From a phage, in sequence record PZ452579.1: a stretch of DNA of 64,000 nucleotides. One strand, written 5' to 3'. A program made the translations under genes and the position numbers. This document shows, piece after piece, positions 26,307 through 36,529 of the stretch. How positions within the stretch are numbered: the first letter of the stretch is position 1; each line of letters begins with the position of its first letter. The notes beneath the pieces were generated by a model. The model ran no database searches, was not told where the DNA came from, and saw only the letters and a program-made list of their open reading frames with translations.

Positions 26307-26597
26307 TCACCGTACCATATTAATGTAATTATATTCAATGCAACGTAATTTCAAAGGATTCTTGAAAATATCATATTCAAGAGGGCCTTTTTCTGTTTCA
26401 ATAAAGAAATCAAAGTTAACTGTGTTAAATTTATCGTCTTCACAGAGTAATTTAACTTGCGAAGATGAACGGTCGATATAAACCTTTTCAACCTCAAAGT
26501 TAGTCAGAATACCATAGTCATTAACTAGTGCTTTAGCTGCACGTTGATCGCTTTCATATCCATTCTCGACAGATTTTACTTTAGCATAAAGAATCAT
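26307..26597 (-). CDS. hypothetical protein
   Basis: 96-aa ORF. Confidence 0.45.
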   Translation of the reverse strand: MILYAKVKSVENGYESDQRAAKALVNDYGILTNFEVEKVYIDRSSSQVKLLCEDDKFNTVNFDFFIETEKGPLEYDIFKNPLKLRCIEYNYINMVR

Positions 26598-26956
26598 GAA
26601 TGTTCCACCACTTCAAAGGTATGAGCATCAACAATATGATACCAGTCAAAATTTTCTTCTGCGTTTTTATAAATTTCGCGAAGAGCCTCAACAGTTTTTC
26701 CTGTAGCAACAAGGTCGTCAATACCACCAAGAGGATAACAGTCATAACCAGCAAACAGAAGGAAATTAATAGTTTCTGTAGGTTCTGGATGCAGAACTCC
26801 GTTATCGTCTACCACTTCAAAGAAAGTGTAAGAAGGAGTACAAGTTTTAATCCAAGCCCATGCTTGAGCCGCTGAATCAAATGGTCTGCGTATCAAACGA
26901 CAATCAGAGTCTTTAGAAGGATTTGCTTCAAAATCTGCATATACATGATATTTCAT
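26594..26956 (-). CDS. hypothetical protein
   Basis: 120-aa ORF; start/stop overlaps with neighbours. Confidence 0.45.
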   Translation of the reverse strand: MKYHVYADFEANPSKDSDCRLIRRPFDSAAQAWAWIKTCTPSYTFFEVVDDNGVLHPEPTETINFLLFAGYDCYPLGGIDDLVATGKTVEALREIYKNAEENFDWYHIVDAHTFEVVEHS

Positions 26957-27163
26957 TTACTCACCTTTTGCAATTTTATCCATAACAATAGCGATTAAAC
27001 CGATTAGAAATGCTACTACCAATGAGATAGAATTTTCTGTTGTTGTCAGTAGTCCACAAATGAATCCTACAAACATCGAAAAACTAAAAGCCATTGAAGC
27101 AATTACTACAGCAACATTACGAATCAGTTCAGCGCGTTTCATTTTATTTCTCCATTTACTCAT
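26957..27163 (-). CDS. small predicted membrane protein
   Basis: 68-aa ORF with two hydrophobic helices. Confidence 0.45.
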   Translation of the reverse strand: MSKWRNKMKRAELIRNVAVVIASMAFSFSMFVGFICGLLTTTENSISLVVAFLIGLIAIVMDKIAKGE

Positions 27164-27165
27164 TT

Positions 27166-27210
27166 GTTTTGATAGGACTACTATAACATATCCATATAGG
27201 CTTGTATACC
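27166..27210 (-). promoter_or_regulatory. early-type promoter element
   Basis: Conserved block TTGATAGGACTACTATAACATA with variant -35. Confidence 0.45.
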
Positions 27211-27211
27211 T

Positions 27212-27487
27212 TTATTTCAAATATATTGCGTATTTTTTATAGCCACCAGGCTCGTGTCGAAGACCTTTATCATTCGCAAAACGTTGAATGTTATTGAACT
27301 GATTTTCATCAAGTTCGGATGTGTCAAATATAAAAAAGTTTCGTTTGTTACCAAGCGTGATATGCGGAGTTAAGTCAATGTTATACAAATTAAGAATATC
27401 AGCAATAACCTGATTGACTGCTTTGTTAATTTTCACACCAGACGATTCTGAGATGAATTCGTTGAAAGTTTTCATTTTAGGTTCCAT
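27212..27487 (-). CDS. internal-protein-like capsid-targeted protein
   Basis: 91-aa ORF beginning MKTFNEFISE; promoter element upstream. Confidence 0.7.
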   Translation of the reverse strand: MEPKMKTFNEFISESSGVKINKAVNQVIADILNLYNIDLTPHITLGNKRNFFIFDTSELDENQFNNIQRFANDKGLRHEPGGYKKYAIYLK

Positions 27488-27496
27488 TTGGTTGTT

Positions 27497-27536
27497 TTGA
27501 TAGGACTACTATAACATAGTCCTACCATGATGTAAA
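27497..27536 (-). promoter_or_regulatory. early-type promoter with perfect spacer palindrome
   Basis: GTTTAC-N18-TATAGT; TAGGACTA...TAGTCCTA; near-identical to the 7826-7863 element. Confidence 0.55.
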
Positions 27537-27848
27537 CTATTTTATGCCTTTAGATGAAATAGTATTCTGGCGTTTGACCCCAGTTTGTGAAAAATCATGG
27601 TTATCAATTTGGTCAACTCGCATAACACCAAACGCAGATTTAATTTTGGCCTTTGAACCTTTTTTGATACTAATTACCATATAAGTATCATTTTTCTTAT
27701 ATTCGAAATTTGATACTTCAACGCCTTGATTAGAAATTGACTTAATAATAGCATTAGCGTATTCATCATCTAACGGGCCGTTAGTGTTAATAACAAAATT
27801 TTTATCCGCTTTAGTAGCTTCCGCGATGAATTCTTGATAGGTTTTCAT
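27537..27848 (-). CDS. ipI: internal protein I-like capsid-targeted protein
   Basis: 103-aa ORF beginning MKTYQEFIAE; adjacent to 57B as ipI in T4. Confidence 0.75.
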   Translation of the reverse strand: MKTYQEFIAEATKADKNFVINTNGPLDDEYANAIIKSISNQGVEVSNFEYKKNDTYMVISIKKGSKAKIKSAFGVMRVDQIDNHDFSQTGVKRQNTISSKGIK

Positions 27849-27870
27849 TTTATTTCCTTGAGGTTGTTTA

Positions 27871-27911
27871 TTTGATAGGATGATAGTAACACACCATCAT
27901 CCTTATGTAAA
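27871..27911 (-). promoter_or_regulatory. early-type promoter with spacer palindrome, upstream of ipI
   Basis: GTTTAC-N18-TACTAT; GGATGAT...ATCATCC. Confidence 0.5.
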
Positions 27912-27925
27912 CTGTTTTGTGAAAA

Positions 27926-28611
<686 letters not shown>

Positions 28612-28615
28612 TTTA

Positions 28616-29350
28616 TTACCTTAAGATTTTTTCAATTTTAGAATAAAGCTCTTCTAACGAGCCGTCGTTTGTAATAACTAAGTCGCCTTCTTCAATAGGC
28701 AACCCAGCTTCTGTAATATGTTTATCAGTGGATTCCGTACCAGAGCGAACCACATGAATAACTGTAGCACCCATCGCTCTAGCGGTTTCCATTTCATGGA
28801 CTTGGCGTGTATCGGTTACAACATAGTAATCAAAATCACTTCCAATATAATCCATATAGTTTAATGCAAAAAGTTTAACCCAATACATACGGTCAAATAA
28901 ATTAACGACAACATCCGTACCGAGGGCTTGCATAAGACGGCGGATTGACCATGTGTCGTTGATATTATTTATAGCTTCACGCAGGGCTTCATACGGTTTA
29001 ATATCTAGATATGAATACCTACCTTCTAATGATGATAATACTTTAACATTATTAATTGGTAAATATTGACTTTGTAAATAAATTAGCGCTTCTTCCAATA
29101 ATTCAATAACATCCAACTTATTGAGATTTAATGGTGTTTCACGGTCATATCCAACACCTTCAAAGTATTCATATTTCAACTCGGTGAATACATCAGGGTT
29201 TTCGGCATGTCTACGTCCCCAGGCTATTGCTAGAGCGTCTTTAATCGGATATGCCAATTGGTATTTTACGGATTTAAAGTTTGAATTGATGTAATCAGCA
29301 GTAGTGTCTTTACCACTACGTTTGATGCCGCTTAAAAAGATTAGCTCCAT
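28616..29350 (-). CDS. 1: deoxynucleoside monophosphate kinase (gene 1)
   Basis: MELIFLSGIKRSGKDTTADYI...; P-loop; closely resembles T4 gp1. Confidence 0.9.
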   Translation of the reverse strand: MELIFLSGIKRSGKDTTADYINSNFKSVKYQLAYPIKDALAIAWGRRHAENPDVFTELKYEYFEGVGYDRETPLNLNKLDVIELLEEALIYLQSQYLPINNVKVLSSLEGRYSYLDIKPYEALREAINNINDTWSIRRLMQALGTDVVVNLFDRMYWVKLFALNYMDYIGSDFDYYVVTDTRQVHEMETARAMGATVIHVVRSGTESTDKHITEAGLPIEEGDLVITNDGSLEELYSKIEKILR

Positions 29351-29403
29351 AGGTTTTCCTCATATAATTTATGAGTGATTATAACATACGGAGCTAGAAG
29401 CGA

Positions 29404-29988
29404 TTAACGCAAGGAAGGGTGTCTAGAAATGGATTTAGATTCGACCGCTTGACGTGGTTGTTGAGATACAATGACTTCGCCATCCTTTTCTATCGTCATA
29501 TACGCATAGTGAATAGTTGCTACGCACGTAACGGCAGGGTCGGAGTCTTCAGTGTAACTAAATTCAATTTCGCTCAAATCGGAAATCCATGGTTTATAGA
29601 AATTTGCCGTCAAAACTACTTCAGTCTTATTGTTGTTTAAAATGTGCAAAGTAACAAACTCAGGACCATCGGAGTGGGCCGTATTATGTCCGGTTATATA
29701 GTTATTAGTGCTGAGCATCCATTTATACATGTTCATCCAGGACGTCATGTCTTCATCAACTATAAATCGTACAACAAAAGGGTCATATTCAAATGTGGTG
29801 CCTGCACGCATTGCACGTCCTAACCCCATTGTGCCTGTCACAGTTTCAACAACAGGAATTCTCACACCTGGCAATGGAGCTGTTTGGGCATTGAGCACAA
29901 AACCTGAAGTTCGTGTACTATCCGGGATATCCACAACAAAGTTTGTTATATTTGTTTGGTTAAAAATCTGTCTCGTTGGACGAGTCAT
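29404..29988 (-). CDS. 3: tail completion / sheath stabiliser protein gp3 (tentative)
   Basis: Position between genes 1 and 2 as in T4; start taken at MTRPTRQ; identity by synteny only. Confidence 0.55.
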   Translation of the reverse strand: MTRPTRQIFNQTNITNFVVDIPDSTRTSGFVLNAQTAPLPGVRIPVVETVTGTMGLGRAMRAGTTFEYDPFVVRFIVDEDMTSWMNMYKWMLSTNNYITGHNTAHSDGPEFVTLHILNNNKTEVVLTANFYKPWISDLSEIEFSYTEDSDPAVTCVATIHYAYMTIEKDGEVIVSQQPRQAVESKSISRHPSLR

Positions 29989-30091
29989 AAGCACCTCAAA
30001 AACGCTTTAATAAAAATGCAGTATAATGGTTTTAGGTCTCTTCCATTAATCTGGTTCAACAGAATATCAAGAAGAACGGAAGAGAATAGAA

Positions 30092-30913
30092 TTAAGATTT
30101 CCAAACAGTATTCGCAGAGAAACGTTTTCCTTTTGACATAAACTGCTGAGTAGGTAACATGATTATGTTAGCCCAGTCTTTAGGAGCTATTTCTGTTATT
30201 GTTCCTCTAATGTGGCCTGGCAGGTATGCTTTAATCATTTTGTCAGCACCTTGAAATCCTTTCACCTTGCTCCAGTCTATCTTCAACTTTGTGTTATTAG
30301 TAATAGTAGTTGTGCTAGCATATTGCTTCAGCAATTCTTCAAGAAACTGTTGTCGTGCTTTAGGTGGGATATAGTGCAAGTTTAACCCGTACATCAAATT
30401 ATGTTTACCTAATCCTAAATAAATAATCAAAGGATATCGGTCCCAGTATGGCAGAGTATCTTTATGTTTAGCATCATACACGTAAGTATAAATTTTGCCT
30501 GGCGCAGGCTTGACTACTTTATGACCTTTTACACTTTTCTTAATTGTTTCAACAAACCACTTAGATGATTTGTTGTTTACTGCTGCGCCTTCATTTCTAA
30601 TCTTTTCTCGTATTGAACTGCGAAACGAGTTTATCATCAGAAGTTGACGTTCTTGCTTATTGAGTTTATTTTTAGGTTTAGATTCAAGCGTTTCAATTTT
30701 CTGTGCAGTCTTAATAGATGATGCATATCTAGACATTGCAGATGTAAACGACGAGTATTTTATTCCTTTTGATTCTGCAAATGCTTTTGCAGTGATTCCT
30801 TTCTCTTTAGCTTTCTTGTATTCTAATCCTATCTCAATCCATTTTCTTTCATTCATAGACTGAGCAATCTTAGGGGCTTGTACGCCTTCAGATATAATTT
30901 GGAATATGCTCAT
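30092..30913 (-). CDS. 2: DNA end-protector protein gp2 (tentative)
   Basis: 273-aa basic ORF, size and position match T4 gp2. Confidence 0.6.
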   Translation of the reverse strand: MSIFQIISEGVQAPKIAQSMNERKWIEIGLEYKKAKEKGITAKAFAESKGIKYSSFTSAMSRYASSIKTAQKIETLESKPKNKLNKQERQLLMINSFRSSIREKIRNEGAAVNNKSSKWFVETIKKSVKGHKVVKPAPGKIYTYVYDAKHKDTLPYWDRYPLIIYLGLGKHNLMYGLNLHYIPPKARQQFLEELLKQYASTTTITNNTKLKIDWSKVKGFQGADKMIKAYLPGHIRGTITEIAPKDWANIIMLPTQQFMSKGKRFSANTVWKS

Positions 30914-30915
30914 AA

Positions 30916-31365
30916 TTACCCCTTGTATCCGAGTTTTCTAAGACCATCTTCAGTTAGAACTCGAAATTTTATATTTCTCTTTTCAGCAACAGCTGAGGCA
31001 GCTTTCCATTTGTCACAGTTCACAGACCAGGTATATATTTCATTCATATAACGTTTCTTTGCTGCGGTAGTAAGATTTGCAGGCTTAATAGGTGGTTGAG
31101 TTTCTTTCTTTGGTTTTATTTCTACAAAGAACTCTTGACCTGATGCATCTTTCATCCATATATCCATAAAGTATCGACGTTTTTTACCTTCTGCGTTACA
31201 GAAATATGGAATTACTGCTGTTTCGCTGCCCCATGCAATAATTTCTGGATTTTTATCTAACCATTCGAAAAAGAATTTTTCCCAGTTTGAACGATACGTT
31301 ATTTTGGTATGGTCTCCACGGTATTTTTTTAAATTTTTTGGGACCCATTTACCAGAGTAGGCCAT
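30916..31365 (-). CDS. 4: head completion protein gp4
   Basis: ATG at 31363-31365 with AAGGAGG RBS; [18 protein letters not shown]...; track ORF starts further upstream. Confidence 0.7.
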   Translation of the reverse strand: MAYSGKWVPKNLKKYRGDHTKITYRSNWEKFFFEWLDKNPEIIAWGSETAVIPYFCNAEGKKRRYFMDIWMKDASGQEFFVEIKPKKETQPPIKPANLTTAAKKRYMNEIYTWSVNCDKWKAASAVAEKRNIKFRVLTEDGLRKLGYKG

Positions 31366-31376
31366 GTTGTCCTCCT

Positions 31377-31384
31377 TATAAATA
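31377..31384 (+). promoter_or_regulatory. late promoter (TATAAATA) for gene 53
   Basis: TATAAATA 50 nt upstream of the gene 53 start, in the divergent gene 4 / gene 53 spacer. Confidence 0.6.
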
Positions 31385-31426
31385 GTATTATTATTTATAC
31401 CAATTTCATATTGGAAGGAGACTATC

Positions 31427-32002
31427 TTGTTATTTACATTCTTCGACCCAATAGGATATAGTGCTAAAACCATTAATAAGAATGCACCTACTATTCCTAT
31501 GACAGACATATTTCGTAATTATAAAGAGTACTTTAAACGTGTTGCGACCAACTATAGATTACAAACTTATTATATTAAAGGTTCTCCACGCCCAGAAGAA
31601 CTAGCAAATATCATTTATGGTAATCCACAATTATACTGGGTCCTTTTGATGTGTAATGATAATTATGATCCGTATTATGGATGGATTACATCTCAGGAAG
31701 CGGCGTATCAGGCATCTATTCAGAAGTATGCAAATGCAGGTGGAGACCAAATTCTTTATCATATTAACGAAAAACGCGAGAAATTTTATAACTTAGTTTC
31801 ATATCCAGATGAGCCATTAGTATGGTATGATAAAGGCGATAAAGCTCGTAAGTATCCACAATATAAAGGACCTTTAGCTGCAGTAGATACTTATGAAGCG
31901 GCTGTACTAGATAACGAAAAACTTCGTAAAATAAAAATTGTTGCAAAAGAAGATATAAACTCGTTTATCACAGATTTGATTCGTGAGATGGAGATTGCAT
32001 AA
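31427..32002 (+). CDS. 53: baseplate wedge protein gp53
   Basis: 191-aa ORF MLFTFFDPIGYSAK...; apparent TTG start with AAGGAG RBS; first gene of the late module. Confidence 0.85.
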   Translation: MLFTFFDPIGYSAKTINKNAPTIPMTDIFRNYKEYFKRVATNYRLQTYYIKGSPRPEELANIIYGNPQLYWVLLMCNDNYDPYYGWITSQEAAYQASIQKYANAGGDQILYHINEKREKFYNLVSYPDEPLVWYDKGDKARKYPQYKGPLAAVDTYEAAVLDNEKLRKIKIVAKEDINSFITDLIREMEIA

Positions 32003-33735
32003 TGGAAATGATTAGTAGTAGCCTTAATTGGTTTGTGGGTGTTGTTGAAGACAGAATGGACCCATTGAAACAAGGGCGTGTTCGAGTACGAGTCGTAGGC
32101 CTGCATCCAGCACAGAGAGCACAAGGTGATGTACAAGGTATTCCTACAGAAAAACTTCCATGGATGACTGTTATTCAACCTATTACATCTGCATCAATGT
32201 CGGGTATTGGTGGTTCTGTTACAGGCCCTGTTGAAGGAACTCGAGTATATGGTCATTTCTTAGACAAATGGAAAACAAACGGGATTGTACTTGGTACATA
32301 CGGCGGAATAGTACGTGAAAAGCCTAATAGACTTGAAGGTTTTTCAGACCCGACAGGCCAGTATCCGCGACGTTTAGGTAATGATACGAATGTATTAAAC
32401 CAAGGTGGTGAAGCTGGTTATTATTCGAACTCTAACGTAATTCAAGATAACAACTTGGATTATGGTATAAACCCAGACGATACAGATTTAGCAAATATTC
32501 CAGAAGATGATGACCCTAATTTTACAATAACAGAAATGTTACGTCGTGATGAAGGTCTTCGTGATAAAGTGTATTGGGACCATCTAGGGTATCCTACAGT
32601 AGGTATTGGACACCTTATCGTAATGGAAAAGACCCGAGACATGACTCGAATTAATAAATTGTTATCCGATCAAGTAGGGCGTGAAGTAACAGGAAATCCC
32701 GGGACTATTACATTAGAAGAAGCAACAGCTCTATTTGAGAAGGACCTTGCTAAGATGCAGAAAGACATTCGTTCTAATTCTAAAGTAGGTCCTGTTTATG
32801 CTAAAATGAACAGGTCTCGCCAAATGGCATTAGAAAACATGTGCTTCCAAATGGGCGTTGGCGGTGTAGCAAAATTCAATACTATGCTTAAAGCAATGGC
32901 CACAGGCGATTGGAAAACCGCATACAAATCCGGACGCGATTCGTTATGGTTCCAACAGACTAAAGGGCGTGCTTCACGTGTAACAACAATTATTTTAACC
33001 GGTAACATGGAATCATACGGTGTTCCTGTTAAAACACCGCCTTCACCAGGAGTTGGTGCCGATTTAGTTACTAGAAATACCGATCCAGAAGACCCGGCTG
33101 GTCCTCCTGTTCCGTTAGATTCACGTATCCTTTTTAAAGAACCGGAATCAAGTTATCGTGGTGAGTATCCATACGTTCATGCTATGGAAACAGAAAGTGG
33201 TCATATCCAAGAATTTGACGATACTCCAGGTAGTGAACGTTATCGCTTAGTTCATCCAACAGGGTCATATGAGGAAGTTTCTCCGTCTGGTCGTCGCACT
33301 CGTAAAACTGTAGAAGACCTTTTTGACATCACTAATGGTGATGGGAATTTCCTGGTTTCTGGTGATAAACTTGTTAACGTTGGTGCTAACGAAATATATT
33401 ATAACATGGCAGACCGCCTCCATCAAATAGACGGCAACGACACAATCTTTATTCGTGGCAACCAAGTTAAAACTGTTGAAGGTGATGGAACTCTTTACGT
33501 TAAGGGCAATATCAAAATAGTCGTTGACGGGAATGCAGATATTCTTGTTAAAGGCGATGCTAAAACTCAAGTTGAAGGGAATCATGACTATACTGTCAAT
33601 GGTAATGTTAAATGGACGGTTAATGGTAATGTTGATATGACTGTTGCTGGTAATTGGACAGAGACAATGTCTACAATGAGCTCAATAGCTTCAGGACAAT
33701 ATACTGTCGACGGGTCTCGTATTGATATTGGGTAA
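32002..33735 (+). CDS. 5: baseplate hub / cell-puncturing protein with lysozyme domain gp5
   Basis: 577-aa ORF; N-terminus and size match T4 gp5; internal lysozyme-like segment. Confidence 0.95.
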   Translation: MEMISSSLNWFVGVVEDRMDPLKQGRVRVRVVGLHPAQRAQGDVQGIPTEKLPWMTVIQPITSASMSGIGGSVTGPVEGTRVYGHFLDKWKTNGIVLGTYGGIVREKPNRLEGFSDPTGQYPRRLGNDTNVLNQGGEAGYYSNSNVIQDNNLDYGINPDDTDLANIPEDDDPNFTITEMLRRDEGLRDKVYWDHLGYPTVGIGHLIVMEKTRDMTRINKLLSDQVGREVTGNPGTITLEEATALFEKDLAKMQKDIRSNSKVGPVYAKMNRSRQMALENMCFQMGVGGVAKFNTMLKAMATGDWKTAYKSGRDSLWFQQTKGRASRVTTIILTGNMESYGVPVKTPPSPGVGADLVTRNTDPEDPAGPPVPLDSRILFKEPESSYRGEYPYVHAMETESGHIQEFDDTPGSERYRLVHPTGSYEEVSPSGRRTRKTVEDLFDITNGDGNFLVSGDKLVNVGANEIYYNMADRLHQIDGNDTIFIRGNQVKTVEGDGTLYVKGNIKIVVDGNADILVKGDAKTQVEGNHDYTVNGNVKWTVNGNVDMTVAGNWTETMSTMSSIASGQYTVDGSRIDIG

Positions 33736-33738
33736 TAT

Positions 33739-34254
33739 ATGGCACAAATACTTCCTTTAAATACCGACTTAGGAGAAGACATGGAAGGGGCGTCTATTGA
33801 CGTCCTTTTTACTCCACAGTTAGAAACTACCGAAACTTTGGTGTCAATAAATATAATAGATTATGAACCAGCACAAGGCATTACGGTGGACGGTAATCAC
33901 TTATATGGAACATATGAAAGCGTATTTAGCTTTTCTTCAGATGCATTGAAATATCGATTAAACGATGATTTTAAAACTGCATCTTCATGGGAAGATTTAC
34001 CGCAAGACCAAAGCACTCAACTATATTTGTGGAGAGCTCCTCAGAACCTCCGTAAAGTATTTAGTTATACGGTTGAAATGATTTATAACTACCAAGAAGA
34101 AAGTTCATCGGGCGGTTCTAGAAGTGACTCTGGTACAGAACCTCCACCGGCTCCAGTACAAAAAACTCTTACTAAGGTTTATACAAAAACTATAGTAGGA
34201 AATTGGAGCAAATGGGCTCATCAATTACGAAACTATGTTTATGTGAGGCCGTGA
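33739..34254 (+). CDS. 5.1: gp5.1-like protein
   Basis: 171-aa ORF between genes 5 and 5.4. Confidence 0.6.
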   Translation: MAQILPLNTDLGEDMEGASIDVLFTPQLETTETLVSINIIDYEPAQGITVDGNHLYGTYESVFSFSSDALKYRLNDDFKTASSWEDLPQDQSTQLYLWRAPQNLRKVFSYTVEMIYNYQEESSSGGSRSDSGTEPPPAPVQKTLTKVYTKTIVGNWSKWAHQLRNYVYVRP

Positions 34255-34256
34255 AA

Positions 34257-34550
34257 ATGTCTGGCTTAAGTTACGACAAGTGCGTTACAACAGGTCATGA
34301 AGCATGGCCTCCTACTGTAATAAATGCTTCCCAATCTAAAGTGTTCACTGGCGGTATTCCTGTTCTTGTAGCAGGAGACCAAATAACACCTCATACAGAA
34401 ATTAAAAAACCGTACGAGACTCATGGAGGTGTTACTGAACCTCGTACATCTAAAGTATATGTCACAGGTAAAAAGGCCGTTCAAATGGCTGACCCAATTT
34501 CATGCGGGGATACTGTTTCTCAGGCCTCGTCAAAAGTCTTTATAAAATAG
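34257..34550 (+). CDS. 5.4: PAAR-repeat spike-tip protein gp5.4
   Basis: ATG at 34257 right after the 5.1 stop; about 97 aa ([21 protein letters not shown]...). Confidence 0.8.
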   Translation: MSGLSYDKCVTTGHEAWPPTVINASQSKVFTGGIPVLVAGDQITPHTEIKKPYETHGGVTEPRTSKVYVTGKKAVQMADPISCGDTVSQASSKVFIK

Positions 34551-34558
34551 GAATTAAA

Positions 34559-36529
34559 ATGGCAAACACTCCTGTAAATTATCAGTTAGTCAGAACGGCG
34601 AATGCTATTCCCGAAATTTTTATCGGGGGCACATTTGCCGAAATTAAAACAAACATAATCGAATGGCTCAATGGACAGAACGAATTTCTTGATTATGATT
34701 TTGAAGGTTCGCGTTTAAACGTATTGTGTGACCTTTTAGCATATAATACTCTTTATATCCAACAGTTCAGTAATAGTGCAGTGTATGAAAGCTTTATGCG
34801 TACTGCTAACTTGCGCAGTTCCGTTGTACAAGCGGCTCAGGATAATGGATATCTGCCTGCATCTAAATCAGCAGCACAAACAGAAATTATGCTCACATGT
34901 ACGGATGCATTAAATAGAAACTATATCACTATTCCACGTGGTACTCGTTTCCTGGCGTATGCTAAAGGTACTTCTGTAAATCCATATAACTTTGTTTCCA
35001 CCGAAGACGTCATTGTAGTTAAAGACAAAAATAATCAATATTTCCCACGTCTTAGGTTAGCTCAGGGACGTATTGTTCGTACTGAATTAACATTTGATAA
35101 ATTAAAACCTATCATTATTCGTGATAAGAACATTGACCGTAATTTGGTTAAATTGTATGTTGACGGAGCAGAATGGATTAACTGGACTCGCAAATCGATG
35201 GTTCATGCTGGTTCTACTTCAACCATTTATTATATGCGAGAAACTGTTGATGGGAACACTGAATTTTATTTTGGTGAAGGTGAAATCTCTATTAACACAT
35301 CAGAAGGTGCTTTAACATCTAACTACATTGGCGGCCTTAAACCTGTCCAGGGTTCTAAAATCGTAATTGAATATATTTCTACTAATGGTGCTGAAGCAAA
35401 TGGTGCAGTAGGATTCTCTTATGCTGATACATTAGCTAATATCACAGTTATTGGAATTAATGAAAACCCAAGTAATAACCCTGACTTCGTTGGTGCGGAT
35501 GGCGGTGGCGACCCTGAAGATATTGAACGTATCCGTGAATTAGGTACAATTAAACGTGAAACTCAACAACGATGTGTGACTGCGACAGATTACGACACAT
35601 TCGTCTCTGAACGATTTGGTTCTATTATTCAAGCGGTTCAGACATTTACGGATTCATCTAAGCCTGGGTACGCATTTATTGCTGCTAAACCTAAGTCTGG
35701 GTTATATTTGACTTCCGTCCAACGAGATGATATTAAAAATTATCTTAATGAGTATAACTTAGGGACGATAACTCCTGTTGTTATTTCTCCTGATTATTTG
35801 TTTATTAAAATGAATATTCGCGTTACGTATGCATTGAACAAATTACAAGAATCTGAACAATGGTTAGAAGGCCAAATTATTAATAAAATCGACCGGTATT
35901 ATATTGAAGACGTGGAAATTTTTAACTCGTCATTCGCAAAATCTAAAATGCTAACGTATGTCGATGACGCAGATATTTCTATCATTGGTTCGTCTGCGAC
36001 TATTCAAATGGTTCGCGAGGTACAGAACTTCTACAAAACACCTGAAACAGGTATTAAATACAATAACCAGATTAAAGATAGAACATTAGAATCTAACGTG
36101 TTTTCATTTGATAGTTTACGCGTTGACCCTGAAACGGAAGCTACTATTAAATATGACGTTCGCATTGTAGGTTCAGATAGAAATGACCGTGGCATTGGAC
36201 AAGTTATCATTGGTCCGTTTGCAGATGGCGACGTTATAGAAAATGCTTATATTCAACCATATACTGGTGACGATTTTAATAAACTTCATGTTACGGACGG
36301 AAGAAACAAATATTACTCTATAGGTGAAGTAAATTATCCGGCTGATTCAATTTATTGGAATATAGCTAAAATTGATTTAACTTCTGATAGGTTTGAAGTT
36401 CAAACTATTGAACTCTATTCAGACCCAGCTGATGATGTTATCTTTACTAAAGACGGGTCATTAATTGTATTTGAAAATGACTTACGTCCGCAATATTTAA
36501 CCATAGATTTGGAGCCTATTTCACAATGA
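34559..36529 (+). CDS. 6: baseplate wedge protein gp6
   Basis: ATG at 34559 (MANTPVNYQL...), about 656 aa; T4 order and size. Confidence 0.95.
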   Translation: MANTPVNYQLVRTANAIPEIFIGGTFAEIKTNIIEWLNGQNEFLDYDFEGSRLNVLCDLLAYNTLYIQQFSNSAVYESFMRTANLRSSVVQAAQDNGYLPASKSAAQTEIMLTCTDALNRNYITIPRGTRFLAYAKGTSVNPYNFVSTEDVIVVKDKNNQYFPRLRLAQGRIVRTELTFDKLKPIIIRDKNIDRNLVKLYVDGAEWINWTRKSMVHAGSTSTIYYMRETVDGNTEFYFGEGEISINTSEGALTSNYIGGLKPVQGSKIVIEYISTNGAEANGAVGFSYADTLANITVIGINENPSNNPDFVGADGGGDPEDIERIRELGTIKRETQQRCVTATDYDTFVSERFGSIIQAVQTFTDSSKPGYAFIAAKPKSGLYLTSVQRDDIKNYLNEYNLGTITPVVISPDYLFIKMNIRVTYALNKLQESEQWLEGQIINKIDRYYIEDVEIFNSSFAKSKMLTYVDDADISIIGSSATIQMVREVQNFYKTPETGIKYNNQIKDRTLESNVFSFDSLRVDPETEATIKYDVRIVGSDRNDRGIGQVIIGPFADGDVIENAYIQPYTGDDFNKLHVTDGRNKYYSIGEVNYPADSIYWNIAKIDLTSDRFEVQTIELYSDPADDVIFTKDGSLIVFENDLRPQYLTIDLEPISQ

